Source: Candidatus Woesearchaeota archaeon
Lineage (GTDB): Archaea; Nanobdellota; Nanobdellia; SCGC-AAA011-G17; GW2011-AR20
DNA length: 64,000 nt
Direction of reading: 5' to 3'
NCBI GenBank assembly: GCA_964419925.1
Contig: CAYQPR010000002.1
Location: forward strand, 2,002 to 66,001
Under the pieces are notes generated by a model. That model was given only the letters and a program-made list of their open reading frames with translations. It was not told where the DNA came from and did not search any database. How positions within the stretch are numbered: the first letter of the stretch is position 1; each line of letters opens with the position of its first letter. Both the position numbers and the translations under genes were made by a program. Positions 37,772 to 47,760 of this stretch are shown here, piece after piece.

Positions 37772-38706
37772 TTTTTATCTAATAAATGTTTCAAAAAAGT
37801 AATAAATGTAACCAAAATTAATGGACCAAAAAATATTCCAATGAATCCAAGCAAAGCAATTCCACCAAAAACTCCAACAACAACAAGTGTAGGATGAATA
37901 TCGGATTTATAACTTATCAATTTTGGCTTAAATAAAACTTCAAATCCACTTACAAAAATAAAACCATAAATAAATAATCCAATACCAGAAGAATAATCTC
38001 CTTGAATTATTCTCAAAATTGCTATAGGTGCCCAAATGATGCTTGTTCCTATTCCAGGCAAAACACTAACTAGTATTGTTAAAAGTCCAAGCAAAATTGG
38101 ATTCGAAACCTTAAAAATATAAAAACCAAGAACTGAAAAAGCCCCAACAATTATTCCAATTAATATTAAACCATAAACAACAGCTGAAGTAACCCTTCGA
38201 AATTCCTTAAAAACAATCTCTTTATGTTTATTATCTAAAGGGGTTAAGTTTTTCAAACTAATAATTATTTTTTCTCCTTCCTTTAAAAAATAATAAAATA
38301 GAAAGAAAGTAATAAATACATGAATTAAAAAACTTGGAATTGATTTGATCAAAGACTGAGATTCCTGCAAGACAAACTTTAGAAAATTATCAAGAATATT
38401 ATCAAACAATGGAGCAATGGAAGAATTTTTTATAATATTATAAAGTCCAATCGATTCCTTAACTAAAGATTGAGTTATAAAGAAAAAAGGTACAACAAAT
38501 AATAGAATTGCAATCAATAAAACAATCACCGCCGAGAATGTTTTGTTTAATTTTTTATTTAAAAGTTGATAAAGTGGGTAAAACAAGTATGCGAGAACAA
38601 TACTTGTTAAAATTGATGTAATGAACGGTTTAATTACAAAGAAAGACAGTACTAACAGAATAATAAAAACAGCAAAAAAAATATATTTTGAACGAGATTT
38701 ATCCAT
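37768..38706 (-). CDS. AI-2E/PerM (UPF0118) family transporter
   Basis: Eight-TM topology with the family-typical N-terminal FITSIL..LAYLFYPL and C-terminal G-rich helices. Confidence 0.55.
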   Translation of the reverse strand: MDKSRSKYIFFAVFIILLVLSFFVIKPFITSILTSIVLAYLFYPLYQLLNKKLNKTFSAVIVLLIAILLFVVPFFFITQSLVKESIGLYNIIKNSSIAPLFDNILDNFLKFVLQESQSLIKSIPSFLIHVFITFFLFYYFLKEGEKIIISLKNLTPLDNKHKEIVFKEFRRVTSAVVYGLILIGIIVGAFSVLGFYIFKVSNPILLGLLTILVSVLPGIGTSIIWAPIAILRIIQGDYSSGIGLFIYGFIFVSGFEVLFKPKLISYKSDIHPTLVVVGVFGGIALLGFIGIFFGPLILVTFITFLKHLLDKN

Positions 38707-38740
38707 AATAAACTAAAGTTTAAAATGTTTATAAAACTAA

Positions 38741-38938
38741 CTATAGAACACTTTTAATTTCAGTTTCCTTTGCAATTGCCATTATCGAAAGTAAGACTAA
38801 AATAAAAAAAGATAATTTGTATATTGCTGAAAATGAGAAGATTGATTTAAATAAGGGATAAATAAATGAGGTTCCTAAAATTATTAGAGAAATAATCATA
38901 ATTACAGATACTGGTCCATCTAAACTTGCTTTTGACAT
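38741..38938 (-). CDS. small two-TM membrane protein
   Basis: 65 aa, two hydrophobic helices. Confidence 0.35.
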   Translation of the reverse strand: MSKASLDGPVSVIMIISLIILGTSFIYPLFKSIFSFSAIYKLSFFILVLLSIMAIAKETEIKSVL

Positions 38939-38986
38939 AAACCCTTTTTAATTTTATTTAATTTATAAAACTTTTGAAGAAAAAAT

Positions 38987-39355
38987 CTAAACAGAAACTT
39001 CATTTTCCAAACCAACTGAAGAGGTACATCTTGATAAATCATCGATAGTAAGCAAAGATAACTCCGGATATTTAAGATTATCAGAAGTAGCAATTATTTT
39101 ATGAACTTGACCTTCATGATAAGAAACATCTTTATCATCCTTTTTACCATAATAATAACCATTTTGCCAGTGGGTATATTTCTGAATGGTATCATCGGGA
39201 GATAAATAATAACTTCCCTCACTAATTTTAAGTTTTTCCCAGGTTTTTCTTCCACCTTCAATATTATTACAAGAAATACAAAAATCATAATCATTCAAAG
39301 ATAAATATTCGATAATTGTATTCTCTACTTTTTTAAAACTAGTTGAAAACTTCAT
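38987..39355 (-). CDS. hypothetical protein
   Basis: 122-aa ORF. Confidence 0.4.
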   Translation of the reverse strand: MKFSTSFKKVENTIIEYLSLNDYDFCISCNNIEGGRKTWEKLKISEGSYYLSPDDTIQKYTHWQNGYYYGKKDDKDVSYHEGQVHKIIATSDNLKYPELSLLTIDDLSRCTSSVGLENEVSV

Positions 39356-39481
39356 GAAAAAGAATTAAGAACAAAACATTTTTAATACTTCTCACAAAAA
39401 TTTCAAAAATCGCTATCTTTATAAATACTTAATTTCAAATCCAATTATCCCGTTATACTACGCAAGTAGGAGGGGCATGAA

Positions 39482-40132
39482 ATGGATAAAAATACAATAC
39501 TAGAAGCAATAAAAAAAGTAAAAGAAAGTTCTAAAAAAAACTTTGTACAAAAAGTTGATTTAATAATTAATCTAAAAGGTTTGAATTTAAAAAAACCTGA
39601 AGAAAATGTTGATTTGTTTATTAGCCTCCCACATTCTCCGGGTAAAAAAATAAAAATTTGTGCTTTAGTCGGAAAAGAAATGTCTGAACAAGCTTCCGTT
39701 TTTGATAAAGTAATTAAAAAAGAAGAATTCATGGATTATCAAGATAAAAAATTAATAAAAAACCTTGCAAAAGAATATAACTTATTTGTAGCTCAAGGAA
39801 ACTTAATGACGGATGTGGCTAAAGTTTTTGGTAAGACCCTTGGTCCAAGAAACAAAATGCCTAATCCAAAATATAATGGAGTAGTTGTTCCAGGAACAAA
39901 TTTAGTAGAACTAAAATCAAAACTAGAAAAGATGGTAAGGGCAAAAACAAAAAGTGAGCCAATAATAAAAACATTCATTGGAAATCAAAATATGTCGGAT
40001 AATGAGCTTTTTGAAAATATGATGGCAATATATAATGCAATAATCCGAACATTGCCTCAAGAAGAAGCAAATATTAATGAAATAATTTTAAAATTAACAA
40101 TGGGACCTCCGATAAAGGTAAACAAAAAATGA
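39482..40132 (+). CDS. rpl1: 50S ribosomal protein L1
   Basis: Family pattern (VDLIINLKG, FDKVIK...AKEYNLFVAQGNLM, KTLGPRNKMPNP). SD AGGAGGGG upstream. Confidence 0.9.
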   Translation: MDKNTILEAIKKVKESSKKNFVQKVDLIINLKGLNLKKPEENVDLFISLPHSPGKKIKICALVGKEMSEQASVFDKVIKKEEFMDYQDKKLIKNLAKEYNLFVAQGNLMTDVAKVFGKTLGPRNKMPNPKYNGVVVPGTNLVELKSKLEKMVRAKTKSEPIIKTFIGNQNMSDNELFENMMAIYNAIIRTLPQEEANINEIILKLTMGPPIKVNKK

Positions 40133-41076
40133 TGCGCGCAAAAGACATAAGGGTTAGAGAACTTGAAAACGTAAAGGTATTACTTGAAAAATATTCTAAT
40201 ATCACGGTTGCAGATTTAACAGGATTACCAAGTGCAACATTGCAAAAATTAAGAAAAAAATTAAAAGACAAAATATATGTTAAAGTCGCAAAAAAATCTT
40301 TAATAAATATAGCAATAGATCAGATTAAAGGAAAAGACTTAACTGGATTAAAACCTAGTTTAGATAAATCAATTCCAGTTTTAATTTTAAGCGAAGAAGA
40401 TCCTTTCAAATTATATAAATTAATCAAAGAAAATAAATCAACCGCATTAGCAAAACCGGGTCAAATTGCACCAAGAGATATAATAATTCCAGCAGGACCA
40501 ACAAACTTTCCACCAGGTCCAATAATTGGAGAATTAGGGGCAGTAGGATTACAAACTGGTGTTGAAGCGGGAAAGATTGCAATCAAAAAAGAAAAATTAA
40601 TTGTCAAAGCAAACGAACCAATAAAAGCAGAGGTAGCAGCTGTTTTGGCAAAACTGGGCATTGAACCTGTTGAAATTGGAATAAATGTTGTAGCAGCATA
40701 TAAAGACAAAGTCGTATATCTGAAAGAAGATTTAGATGTTGATGAAGAAAAATACATAAACGACTTAAGACTAGCTAACGCACAAGCTTTAGCTTTAGCA
40801 GAAAAAATAGGCTACATTACAAAAGAAAACATTAAGCTATTATTAGCAAAGATATATTTATTAAGCCTAAACTTTGGAAAGAAGTTAAACTTAGAACTTG
40901 ATCTTGAGATAAAACCTCAAGAGAAAAAACATGAAGTAAAAGAACACGTTAAAAGTGAAAATGTTGTAGGCTATCAAGAAGACATTGTAAAAAAAGCCCA
41001 AAGCATCTTGCAGGATTTGCAGGATAAAAAAATAAGAGAACAGGAAAAACCAAAACAAAAGAGTATGTGGGACTAA
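40129..41076 (+). CDS. rpl10: 50S ribosomal protein L10 (acidic ribosomal protein P0)
   Basis: The N-terminal L10 domain is followed by a helical spine and a Lys/Glu-rich tail. It sits between L1 and L12. Confidence 0.85.
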   Translation: MMRAKDIRVRELENVKVLLEKYSNITVADLTGLPSATLQKLRKKLKDKIYVKVAKKSLINIAIDQIKGKDLTGLKPSLDKSIPVLILSEEDPFKLYKLIKENKSTALAKPGQIAPRDIIIPAGPTNFPPGPIIGELGAVGLQTGVEAGKIAIKKEKLIVKANEPIKAEVAAVLAKLGIEPVEIGINVVAAYKDKVVYLKEDLDVDEEKYINDLRLANAQALALAEKIGYITKENIKLLLAKIYLLSLNFGKKLNLELDLEIKPQEKKHEVKEHVKSENVVGYQEDIVKKAQSILQDLQDKKIREQEKPKQKSMWD

Positions 41077-41097
41077 TATTCATAGGAGGAAAACAAA

Positions 41098-41388
41098 ATG
41101 GAGTTAATTCATAGCGCTTTATTGCTGAATAAAGCTGGCAAAGAAATAAATGAAGTAAATGTAAAAAAAGTGCTGGAATCGGTTGGATTACATACGGAAG
41201 AAGGCAAAATAAAAGCATTGATAACAGCATTAGAAAACGTAAATATTGAAGAAATAATAAAAGAAGCTTCAGTAATGCCAGTTCATACTCAAGCAGTACA
41301 ACAGCAAGACGTAAAGAAGGAAGAAAAGAAGGAAGAAAAGAAAGCAGACGATAGTGCAGCTGTTGGATTAGGTAGCTTATTTGGCTAA
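41098..41388 (+). CDS. rpl12: 50S ribosomal protein L12 (P1, archaeal/eukaryotic type)
   Basis: MELIHSALLLNKAGKEINEVNVKKVLESVGL...KEEKKEEKKADDSAAVGLGSLFG C-terminal P-protein tail. Confidence 0.9.
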   Translation: MELIHSALLLNKAGKEINEVNVKKVLESVGLHTEEGKIKALITALENVNIEEIIKEASVMPVHTQAVQQQDVKKEEKKEEKKADDSAAVGLGSLFG

Positions 41389-41435
41389 ATAATCCTTTTT
41401 TTATTTAAAATGACAAACAGTAATCTAGACACAGT

Positions 41436-42302
41436 ATGGAAAAGAACGATTTATTTAGAAAGATTAGTGAACTAAGAGGAGAAATAAATACCCTCAGAAA
41501 TAATTTAAATGAGCTCGATAAAGAAAAGGAGCTATTCTTTAATAAAAAAGAACAGTTAAAAAAAGAGCTTAATTCTTTGGTTTTAGATATAAAAAAAATT
41601 AAATCAAGTTCAGATACGTTTAATGAAGATGTTTCTAAAGTAAGAACAGAAAGAGACGAGAATAATCAAAAAGTCAAAGTTCTAGTTGAAGAAATTAAGA
41701 AATTAAATGAAGAGAAAAAAGAACTTTTAAAGAAGAGTAAATTAAAATTTGATCCTGAAGAAATTAAAAGAAAAATAGAACAATTAGAGTATAAAGTTGA
41801 GACCGAAGCATTGAAATTTGACAAAGAAAAAAAATTAATGAAAGAGATTAATAATCTTAAAAAGATTTATCAAGAAAATTTTGAAATTAAAGAAGTTTTT
41901 GAAAAAATATCTGAATTGGATAAGAAGATTAAAGAATTCAGAAAAAAAGCAGATAATGCTCATAAAAGTTTGAATGAAACATTTAGTTCTAATCGTGAAG
42001 AGATTAGTCATTTTAAGGATTTATCTAAAAAAATTTATGAAACAAGAAAATCCCAGCAAGAGTCTTTTGATAAGTTTATTGAATTTAAAAATAAATTTCT
42101 TGAAACTAATAATAAATTAAAAGATAAACTAAATGAGATAAATAAACTTCAAAAAGACGTTGAAGAAGTAAAGAAAAATGTTTTTGTAGAGAAAGAAGCA
42201 TTAAAAGAAAAAAGATTGGAAGAAAGGGAAAAAATCATTGAAGAAAAGTTGATGTCAAAAAAGAAACTAACAAAAGACGATTTAATTATGCTACAAGGTT
42301 AA
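41436..42302 (+). CDS. coiled-coil protein of unknown function
   Basis: 288 aa, almost entirely heptad-like Lys/Glu-rich sequence. Confidence 0.45.
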   Translation: MEKNDLFRKISELRGEINTLRNNLNELDKEKELFFNKKEQLKKELNSLVLDIKKIKSSSDTFNEDVSKVRTERDENNQKVKVLVEEIKKLNEEKKELLKKSKLKFDPEEIKRKIEQLEYKVETEALKFDKEKKLMKEINNLKKIYQENFEIKEVFEKISELDKKIKEFRKKADNAHKSLNETFSSNREEISHFKDLSKKIYETRKSQQESFDKFIEFKNKFLETNNKLKDKLNEINKLQKDVEEVKKNVFVEKEALKEKRLEEREKIIEEKLMSKKKLTKDDLIMLQG

Positions 42303-42334
42303 ATTTATATAAACAAACTTTAATTTATTATTTT

Positions 42335-42898
42335 ATGAAAAAATCTTATTATTTTATTGGGATTTTATTTTTAATAGTCTCGTTTATTTTTGATAAACAA
42401 ATCTCTATCTTTTTTACAAGTTATAGAAATCCAATTTTAAGTTCAATTTCAATTTTTATTGATGGATTTAAATGGTATTACTTGTTTGGAATTGTGTTAT
42501 TAATTTTATTATTAAGAAAAGAATACAAAAAACTTCCATCTTTAGTTTTGTCATTAATTTTATATTTATTTATTGTAAATGGTCTTAAAATCTTATTTTC
42601 TAGAGAAAGGCCATTTGTTAATTTAAAAAATGAATTAGTTGAAACAACAAACCCTTATAGAAGTTTTCCAAGTGGTCATGCAACCTCAATGTTTGTCTTG
42701 CTCCCCTTTCTTAACTTTTTTTATGGTTTCTGGTTTATATTAAGTATCGTTGTTGCATTTTCAAGAGTTTATCTAGGAGTTCATTACTTAAGTGATATTA
42801 TTGGAGGTGCTTTGTTAGGATTTTTAATACAAGATTTAAGTGAATTCTTAATGATTAGAGCTCAGAAAAGTAAAATTTTTACTCACCGAAAGGTTTAA
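42335..42898 (+). CDS. PAP2-family membrane phosphatase (polyprenyl/dolichyl diphosphate phosphatase-like)
   Basis: KILFSRERPF (KxxxxxxRP), SFPSGHAT (PSGH) and SRVYLGVHYLSD (SRxxxxxHxxxD). Confidence 0.8.
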   Translation: MKKSYYFIGILFLIVSFIFDKQISIFFTSYRNPILSSISIFIDGFKWYYLFGIVLLILLLRKEYKKLPSLVLSLILYLFIVNGLKILFSRERPFVNLKNELVETTNPYRSFPSGHATSMFVLLPFLNFFYGFWFILSIVVAFSRVYLGVHYLSDIIGGALLGFLIQDLSEFLMIRAQKSKIFTHRKV

Positions 42899-42949
42899 AT
42901 AGCTATAGTAACTTCAAAATAACAACACAATTTCAAGGGGGTTAAAACT

Positions 42950-45007
42950 ATGAAAAAATTATTATCATTAAGTATATTTTTATTTTTAATTAGTCTATTT
43001 ACATTAAGTTCAATAAATGTTGATGGTGCGATCACGGTTGGAACAATAACAACTGACAAATCAGGCTATAATCCTGGTGAAACTGCAACTATCACAATTA
43101 AAGATTTAACAAATACTGGAACAAATGCAGTTACAGTATCATTATCAAGTACAGAGTTAATTAAAGGTACAGATAAAATAGGTACGCCTGTTATCAGTTC
43201 AATAAGTCTATCTGCATCAGGCACAGTAGGCGATATAAAAAATCAAACATTCACTTTTGTTATTCCAAGTAAACTACTTGGAACTTATAGTGCAACAATA
43301 ACTGCACAAGACAGCGGAGACCTAAATAACAAAGACACTGAAGTCTATTCATTGACTATAAATTCAAAATCAGATTTAACTTTTGAAGGTTTGACAGATA
43401 ACAAATTAACAATTTCAGGTCAAAAAGATTTTAGTGCTAAAAGGAAATTCACATTAACAAATAAAGGGAGTACAGTTTTAACAATTCCAGTTACAACAGG
43501 AATAGTAGTTAAACAAACAGATAAAACCTTTACAAATTCTTTTGAAGATGATGATGGAGATAAAATCCAATTCACATTTGTAAACTCAGATAACACAAAT
43601 ATAGCTTTCCCATTAACATTAAATCCGGGGGAAAATAAAGAAGTTTATATAAAATCAAGTATAGATCAAGATTCTGATACTGGTTCATATTCTGGTACAG
43701 TAACTGTTACAGCAACAGAATTAACTACTCAATTATCACCTTTCAATTTAGAAGTTAACGTAGATCCAGAAATATGTGAAGCTGGAAGAGTTAAAGAAAA
43801 GGTAGAATTTGATAGCCATGACAGTGGAAACTTAATACTTGACTTAGACAATCCTGATTCAGGAGACAATTTTAATCCTGGAGAAAAAATTTCAATTGAA
43901 GGAAGCGTAGAGAATAAAGCAAATGAAGACAAAGATGTAATCGTTGAAGCAGTTCTTTACAACATAGATAGAAACAAGGTAGTTGAAAGAGTTGAAACAG
44001 ATTCTTTTGAAGTTGTAGAAAGTGAAGATGAGTCTTTTACTTTAGACTTAGAAGTTCCTGTAGATGATTCTTCATTAAAAGAAGGAGACAAATATAGGTT
44101 ATACATCAAAGTTTATGAAGATAGCAATGAAGATGAAAACTGTAACTATGACGACCTTGATATGGATTTTGATAGACAAGATCATCAAGTTGTAATAACT
44201 CGAGCAGAAGTAACACCAAGCGTAGCATCTTGTAATGCAAATGTAAATTTTGCAGTAGAAGTTCAAAACGCAGGTAAAAAAGTTGAAGAAAGAACTTCAA
44301 TAAAATTAAGAGAATCCGAATTGGGATTGAATTACGAAACTGATTATTTCAGTTTAGCAAAATTCGATAAGTCCGGAGACAATATAATCAAAACACTTAC
44401 ATATAAAATTCCAAATGGAATAGCTGAAAAAGATTATTTCGTTGAAGTTTTATCAATCTTTGACGGTGGAAAGAAAACTGATTCAGAGTTGGTAAAATTA
44501 ACAATTAAAGGATGTTCAGCAGTTCAAGACAGTTTACAATTGTCATTGGTTCAAGACAGTATAACTGCAACACCAGGAAAATTATTTGGATTCCCATTCA
44601 AATTAAGAAATACTGGAAGTACGGTTCAAACATATTCAGTTGAAATATCAACAGGAGTATGGGCAAATCAATTGCAAGATCAAACTGTAACATTACAACC
44701 TGGACAAGAAACAACTGTATATAGCTATTTAACACCTAAGTCTGATTTAACAAGCGGAAGCTATACATTAGACATAAAGGTAAAGCAGGATAATAAAGTA
44801 GTAAAAACGCAAACAGCAACTGTTCAAATACCTCAAGCAGGAAATAGCGGTGGAACACCAACAGGGGGTACAACATACCAACCAAGTGTATCATTAGATT
44901 CTATATGGAGAAATCTTGCAGGTAGTACAGCGTTCTGGATTATAGCAATTATAATTGTATTTGCTTTGGTTATATATATCTTAACTATTTTATTAAGGCC
45001 GAGGTAA
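42950..45007 (+). CDS. large cell-surface (S-layer-like) protein with signal peptide and a C-terminal TM anchor plus basic tail
   Basis: Signal peptide MKKLLSLSIFLFLISLFTLSS. Thr/Ser-rich beta-rich repeats. C-terminal GGTPTGGTTYQP...FWIIAIIIVFALVIYILTILLRPR. Confidence 0.6.
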   Translation: MKKLLSLSIFLFLISLFTLSSINVDGAITVGTITTDKSGYNPGETATITIKDLTNTGTNAVTVSLSSTELIKGTDKIGTPVISSISLSASGTVGDIKNQTFTFVIPSKLLGTYSATITAQDSGDLNNKDTEVYSLTINSKSDLTFEGLTDNKLTISGQKDFSAKRKFTLTNKGSTVLTIPVTTGIVVKQTDKTFTNSFEDDDGDKIQFTFVNSDNTNIAFPLTLNPGENKEVYIKSSIDQDSDTGSYSGTVTVTATELTTQLSPFNLEVNVDPEICEAGRVKEKVEFDSHDSGNLILDLDNPDSGDNFNPGEKISIEGSVENKANEDKDVIVEAVLYNIDRNKVVERVETDSFEVVESEDESFTLDLEVPVDDSSLKEGDKYRLYIKVYEDSNEDENCNYDDLDMDFDRQDHQVVITRAEVTPSVASCNANVNFAVEVQNAGKKVEERTSIKLRESELGLNYETDYFSLAKFDKSGDNIIKTLTYKIPNGIAEKDYFVEVLSIFDGGKKTDSELVKLTIKGCSAVQDSLQLSLVQDSITATPGKLFGFPFKLRNTGSTVQTYSVEISTGVWANQLQDQTVTLQPGQETTVYSYLTPKSDLTSGSYTLDIKVKQDNKVVKTQTATVQIPQAGNSGGTPTGGTTYQPSVSLDSIWRNLAGSTAFWIIAIIIVFALVIYILTILLRPR

Positions 45008-45034
45008 AAACTTTTTTTCTTTTTTTAATTTAAA

Positions 45035-45346
45035 ATGACATATAAGCATATAATTGCGGCAGGGTATTCTAAAGAAGTTTTAGCTAAAAATAAAGAAGAA
45101 GAGAAAAAAATTTCTTTGGAATTAAAAAAATATATACAAAATAAACTCACATTAGAGAGTATAGATCCAATGAGATTCCCAAAACCTTTAGTTTCGGGAG
45201 CAATTGGAGACCGAGAATATGTATTTAGTATATTTTTCGGATATCAAATTTCAAAAGAAGAATGGACTAATAGAATAATAAGGGGGCTTAGACGAAAAGG
45301 TTTTAAAATAAAGATTTTTGGATTAGAAGACATACTTGAAAAATAA
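45035..45346 (+). CDS. hypothetical protein (first of three co-transcribed small ORFs)
   Basis: 103 aa. Its start overlaps a TTTAAAATG promoter-like context. No motif. Confidence 0.45.
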   Translation: MTYKHIIAAGYSKEVLAKNKEEEKKISLELKKYIQNKLTLESIDPMRFPKPLVSGAIGDREYVFSIFFGYQISKEEWTNRIIRGLRRKGFKIKIFGLEDILEK

Positions 45347-45665
45347 ATTTAAAATGGTTAACGATGAAGATGAATATAATGGGTCAACTGCACTTATATT
45401 AGATCATTATTTTGGTAATTATATCCATGTGGTCTGGTTTTATTATAATAACAATATCCAAAAATCTTACGAAGAAATTGGAAAAATTAAAGAAGAATTC
45501 TGTAAAGGATTAGAGTTGAAAATTAAAAAAGATTTAAAAGAGTATGCAGGAATAACCAATCAGACATTAAAAAATTTTTTAGAACTTGGAAAATCTTTAG
45601 ATTGGCTAGTGAAGGAGAATTTAGATTTGCTAAGAGATAAATATAGCAAATTAAGGCAAGAATAG
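45336..45665 (+). CDS. hypothetical protein (second of three)
   Basis: 109 aa. Overlaps the upstream ORF by 11 nt. Confidence 0.45.
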   Translation: MKNKFKMVNDEDEYNGSTALILDHYFGNYIHVVWFYYNNNIQKSYEEIGKIKEEFCKGLELKIKKDLKEYAGITNQTLKNFLELGKSLDWLVKENLDLLRDKYSKLRQE

Positions 45666-45675
45666 TACTAAAAAA

Positions 45676-45972
45676 ATGAATGATTTACCTTACATAATTT
45701 CTGTATCAAATAGAAAACCATTAAAGGAAACTTTGAGAGATGGAGAAAAATTAGAAGAAAGGTTAAGGAAAATTTTAGGCCATATCACTAAATATAATGG
45801 ACTTCATTCGGATTTAAATCTGGTTGATCATGCAAACGACGAAAAAATTTACTTTGCAAGAATAGATCAACATAATTACAATGAAACAATGGAAGATTTA
45901 AGGAATCTTGAAGCAGAGTTGATAATAAAAGAAAAAGAATTGAAAATTTATCGTTTAGAAGAAGTTTTTTAA
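45676..45972 (+). CDS. hypothetical protein (third of three)
   Basis: 98 aa. 10 nt downstream of the previous ORF. Confidence 0.45.
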   Translation: MNDLPYIISVSNRKPLKETLRDGEKLEERLRKILGHITKYNGLHSDLNLVDHANDEKIYFARIDQHNYNETMEDLRNLEAELIIKEKELKIYRLEEVF

Positions 45973-46007
45973 GTTAATTTTATATAGGTTAATTTATTCT
46001 TAAAACC

Positions 46008-46733
46008 GTGGAATTAAAAGAAAGGATAAAAAACCATTCATTGTATAAGAAGACATTAGAAAATAGATATTTAGCAATATTTCTACTATTAGTGATAATT
46101 CTAATGACTTACAGTTATTTTAAAGAAGGAATCGTTTATCAAATAAGCGATGTAAATCTAGAGGGGGTTAAAAATTTTATTAATTCATTTGGAAATTTTT
46201 CATGGATAATTTATGTTCTTACTTTAATTTTAATATCAATATTTCCAGTTCCATCAACAATAATTAATGTTGCAGGAAGTTTATCTTTTGGGCCATTAAA
46301 TGCAGTATTTTTAACATTAATTGGAGCAGTTTTAGGAAACAGTATTGATTACTTCATTGCAAGAAGATATGGGTATGAGCACATTAAACAAATTATTAAT
46401 GAGAAAAGAAGAGAAAAATTTGATGATTACTCTAAAAAATATGGTTATTTGGTGTTGTTCATTTTAAGATTAAATCCCTTAACATCAACAGATATTTTTA
46501 GCTATTTATCGGGGTTAATTGGAATGCCATTTAAAAAATTTTTACTCAGTACCATTTTTGGAATACTTCCGGGGATTATTTTTGTCTCTTATTTTGGAAG
46601 TAGATTTATAAATGATAATAAACTATTTAGATTAACATTTGTTATTATAACGATGTTTTATGCATTAATAATGGTTTATTTGATTTTAAGATTTTTAAAA
46701 AAGAAAGTTAAAGAAAGATTTGTTAAGAAATAA
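46008..46733 (+). CDS. DedA/TVP38 (SNARE-associated) family membrane protein. Possible GTG start.
   Basis: FPVPSTIINVAGSLSFGP...GAVLGNSIDYFIARRYG is the DedA signature. Confidence 0.65.
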   Translation: MELKERIKNHSLYKKTLENRYLAIFLLLVIILMTYSYFKEGIVYQISDVNLEGVKNFINSFGNFSWIIYVLTLILISIFPVPSTIINVAGSLSFGPLNAVFLTLIGAVLGNSIDYFIARRYGYEHIKQIINEKRREKFDDYSKKYGYLVLFILRLNPLTSTDIFSYLSGLIGMPFKKFLLSTIFGILPGIIFVSYFGSRFINDNKLFRLTFVIITMFYALIMVYLILRFLKKKVKERFVKK

Positions 46734-46734
46734 G

Positions 46735-46842
46735 AGCGTGGAGCAGGATTCGAACCTGCGGAGTAATCGCTATCTCCCCGTGGTCTGCAGGTTGGACTTT
46801 CTTTTGGAAATCGATCCCCTTAGGCCACTTGGGTATCCACGC
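46735..46842 (-). tRNA. Intron-containing tRNA. The anticodon loop reads either TTTCCAA (Gly-TCC) or ATTTCCA (Glu-TTC) depending on the stem register. Roughly 33 nt of extra sequence lies in the anticodon region.
   Basis: Acceptor GCGTGGA/TCCACGC. D-arm with AGTGGCC. T-arm GCAGG-TTCGAAT-CCTGC. 108 nt between the acceptor ends. Confidence 0.6.
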
Positions 46843-47661
46843 TTATAGGGAATTAATATCAAGAATACCTTTTAATAACTTTCGTCTTTGTTCTAAGGTG
46901 GTGTGTATTGGGCAGAATCCAAACCTCTTCCATACAAAATATTTGCTGTAATGTTTTGGGTTGCTAAACCCAATAATGGTAATCCATTTTTCCAAATTTT
47001 TCTTGCCAACAATCACAACACGATAATGTTTAAACACCCTATTATTTCGCTTACGTTTTCCTTTCTCTAAATAACTATGTATTCCCAACTTGTTTAATAA
47101 CACCTTTAACTGTTTTGTTAATTTCTCTGAGGCAAATTGACCTCCAATTAATGGGTAATGATGTTTCTTAAATTTGGTATCTTTTCTTATTTTAAACACC
47201 AAATAAAAATCCGTATCAGCAATTCCCCTAATTAATGCAGAAATAATTTTATTATCCTTAGTTTCAAAAAAATATTTGGGTATTTTATAAGAATTATCCA
47301 ATTTATTTCCAGGTGTATATTTCATATTTTTAACGAAAAAATTAATTATAGATTTAGAGGTTACACAGATTTTTATTCCATTTGTTCCAGAAATTTTACG
47401 AATATATGGCCTTACGTTAAAAAGATTGTAAAATAAATCTGATATTATAATGTTATGATAATCTAAATCTTCTTGAGCATGTCCGTATACAAATAACTCA
47501 TATTTTCTTCTGTTAGATGGTTTTTCTTTTAAATGGATGCACCCGTCTCCAATCATTAAACCAAATAATTCTGCCAAATCAGAAGTTAATTTATTAGGCA
47601 AATGAACATCTCTTTTTATATCTGAATTACTGAATGAAATTTTTGAGTTATCAAATATCAT
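46843..47661 (-). CDS. double-motif LAGLIDADG homing endonuclease, free-standing
   Basis: Motif 1 LAELFGLMIGDGCI and motif 2 ISALIRGIADTDFY. 272 aa. A TATA-like TTTATAA lies about 30 nt upstream. The ORF ends exactly where the tRNA gene begins. Confidence 0.75.
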   Translation of the reverse strand: MIFDNSKISFSNSDIKRDVHLPNKLTSDLAELFGLMIGDGCIHLKEKPSNRRKYELFVYGHAQEDLDYHNIIISDLFYNLFNVRPYIRKISGTNGIKICVTSKSIINFFVKNMKYTPGNKLDNSYKIPKYFFETKDNKIISALIRGIADTDFYLVFKIRKDTKFKKHHYPLIGGQFASEKLTKQLKVLLNKLGIHSYLEKGKRKRNNRVFKHYRVVIVGKKNLEKWITIIGFSNPKHYSKYFVWKRFGFCPIHTTLEQRRKLLKGILDINSL

Positions 47662-47760
47662 TTTTATATCAAAAATCTCTTCTTACTTATAAAGTTGACC
47701 CGCGAGGTTGTCACTTGGACAGTTGGGAAAAAATGTATATTTTAAAGAATATAAATAAAA

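Noticed and set aside
41406-45040. 13-nt identical string ATTTAAAATGACA upstream of 41436 and at the start of 45035
   Set aside because: Short and AT-rich. It is plausibly a chance match or a generic TATA-like/start context rather than a mobile repeat. No extended similarity on either side.
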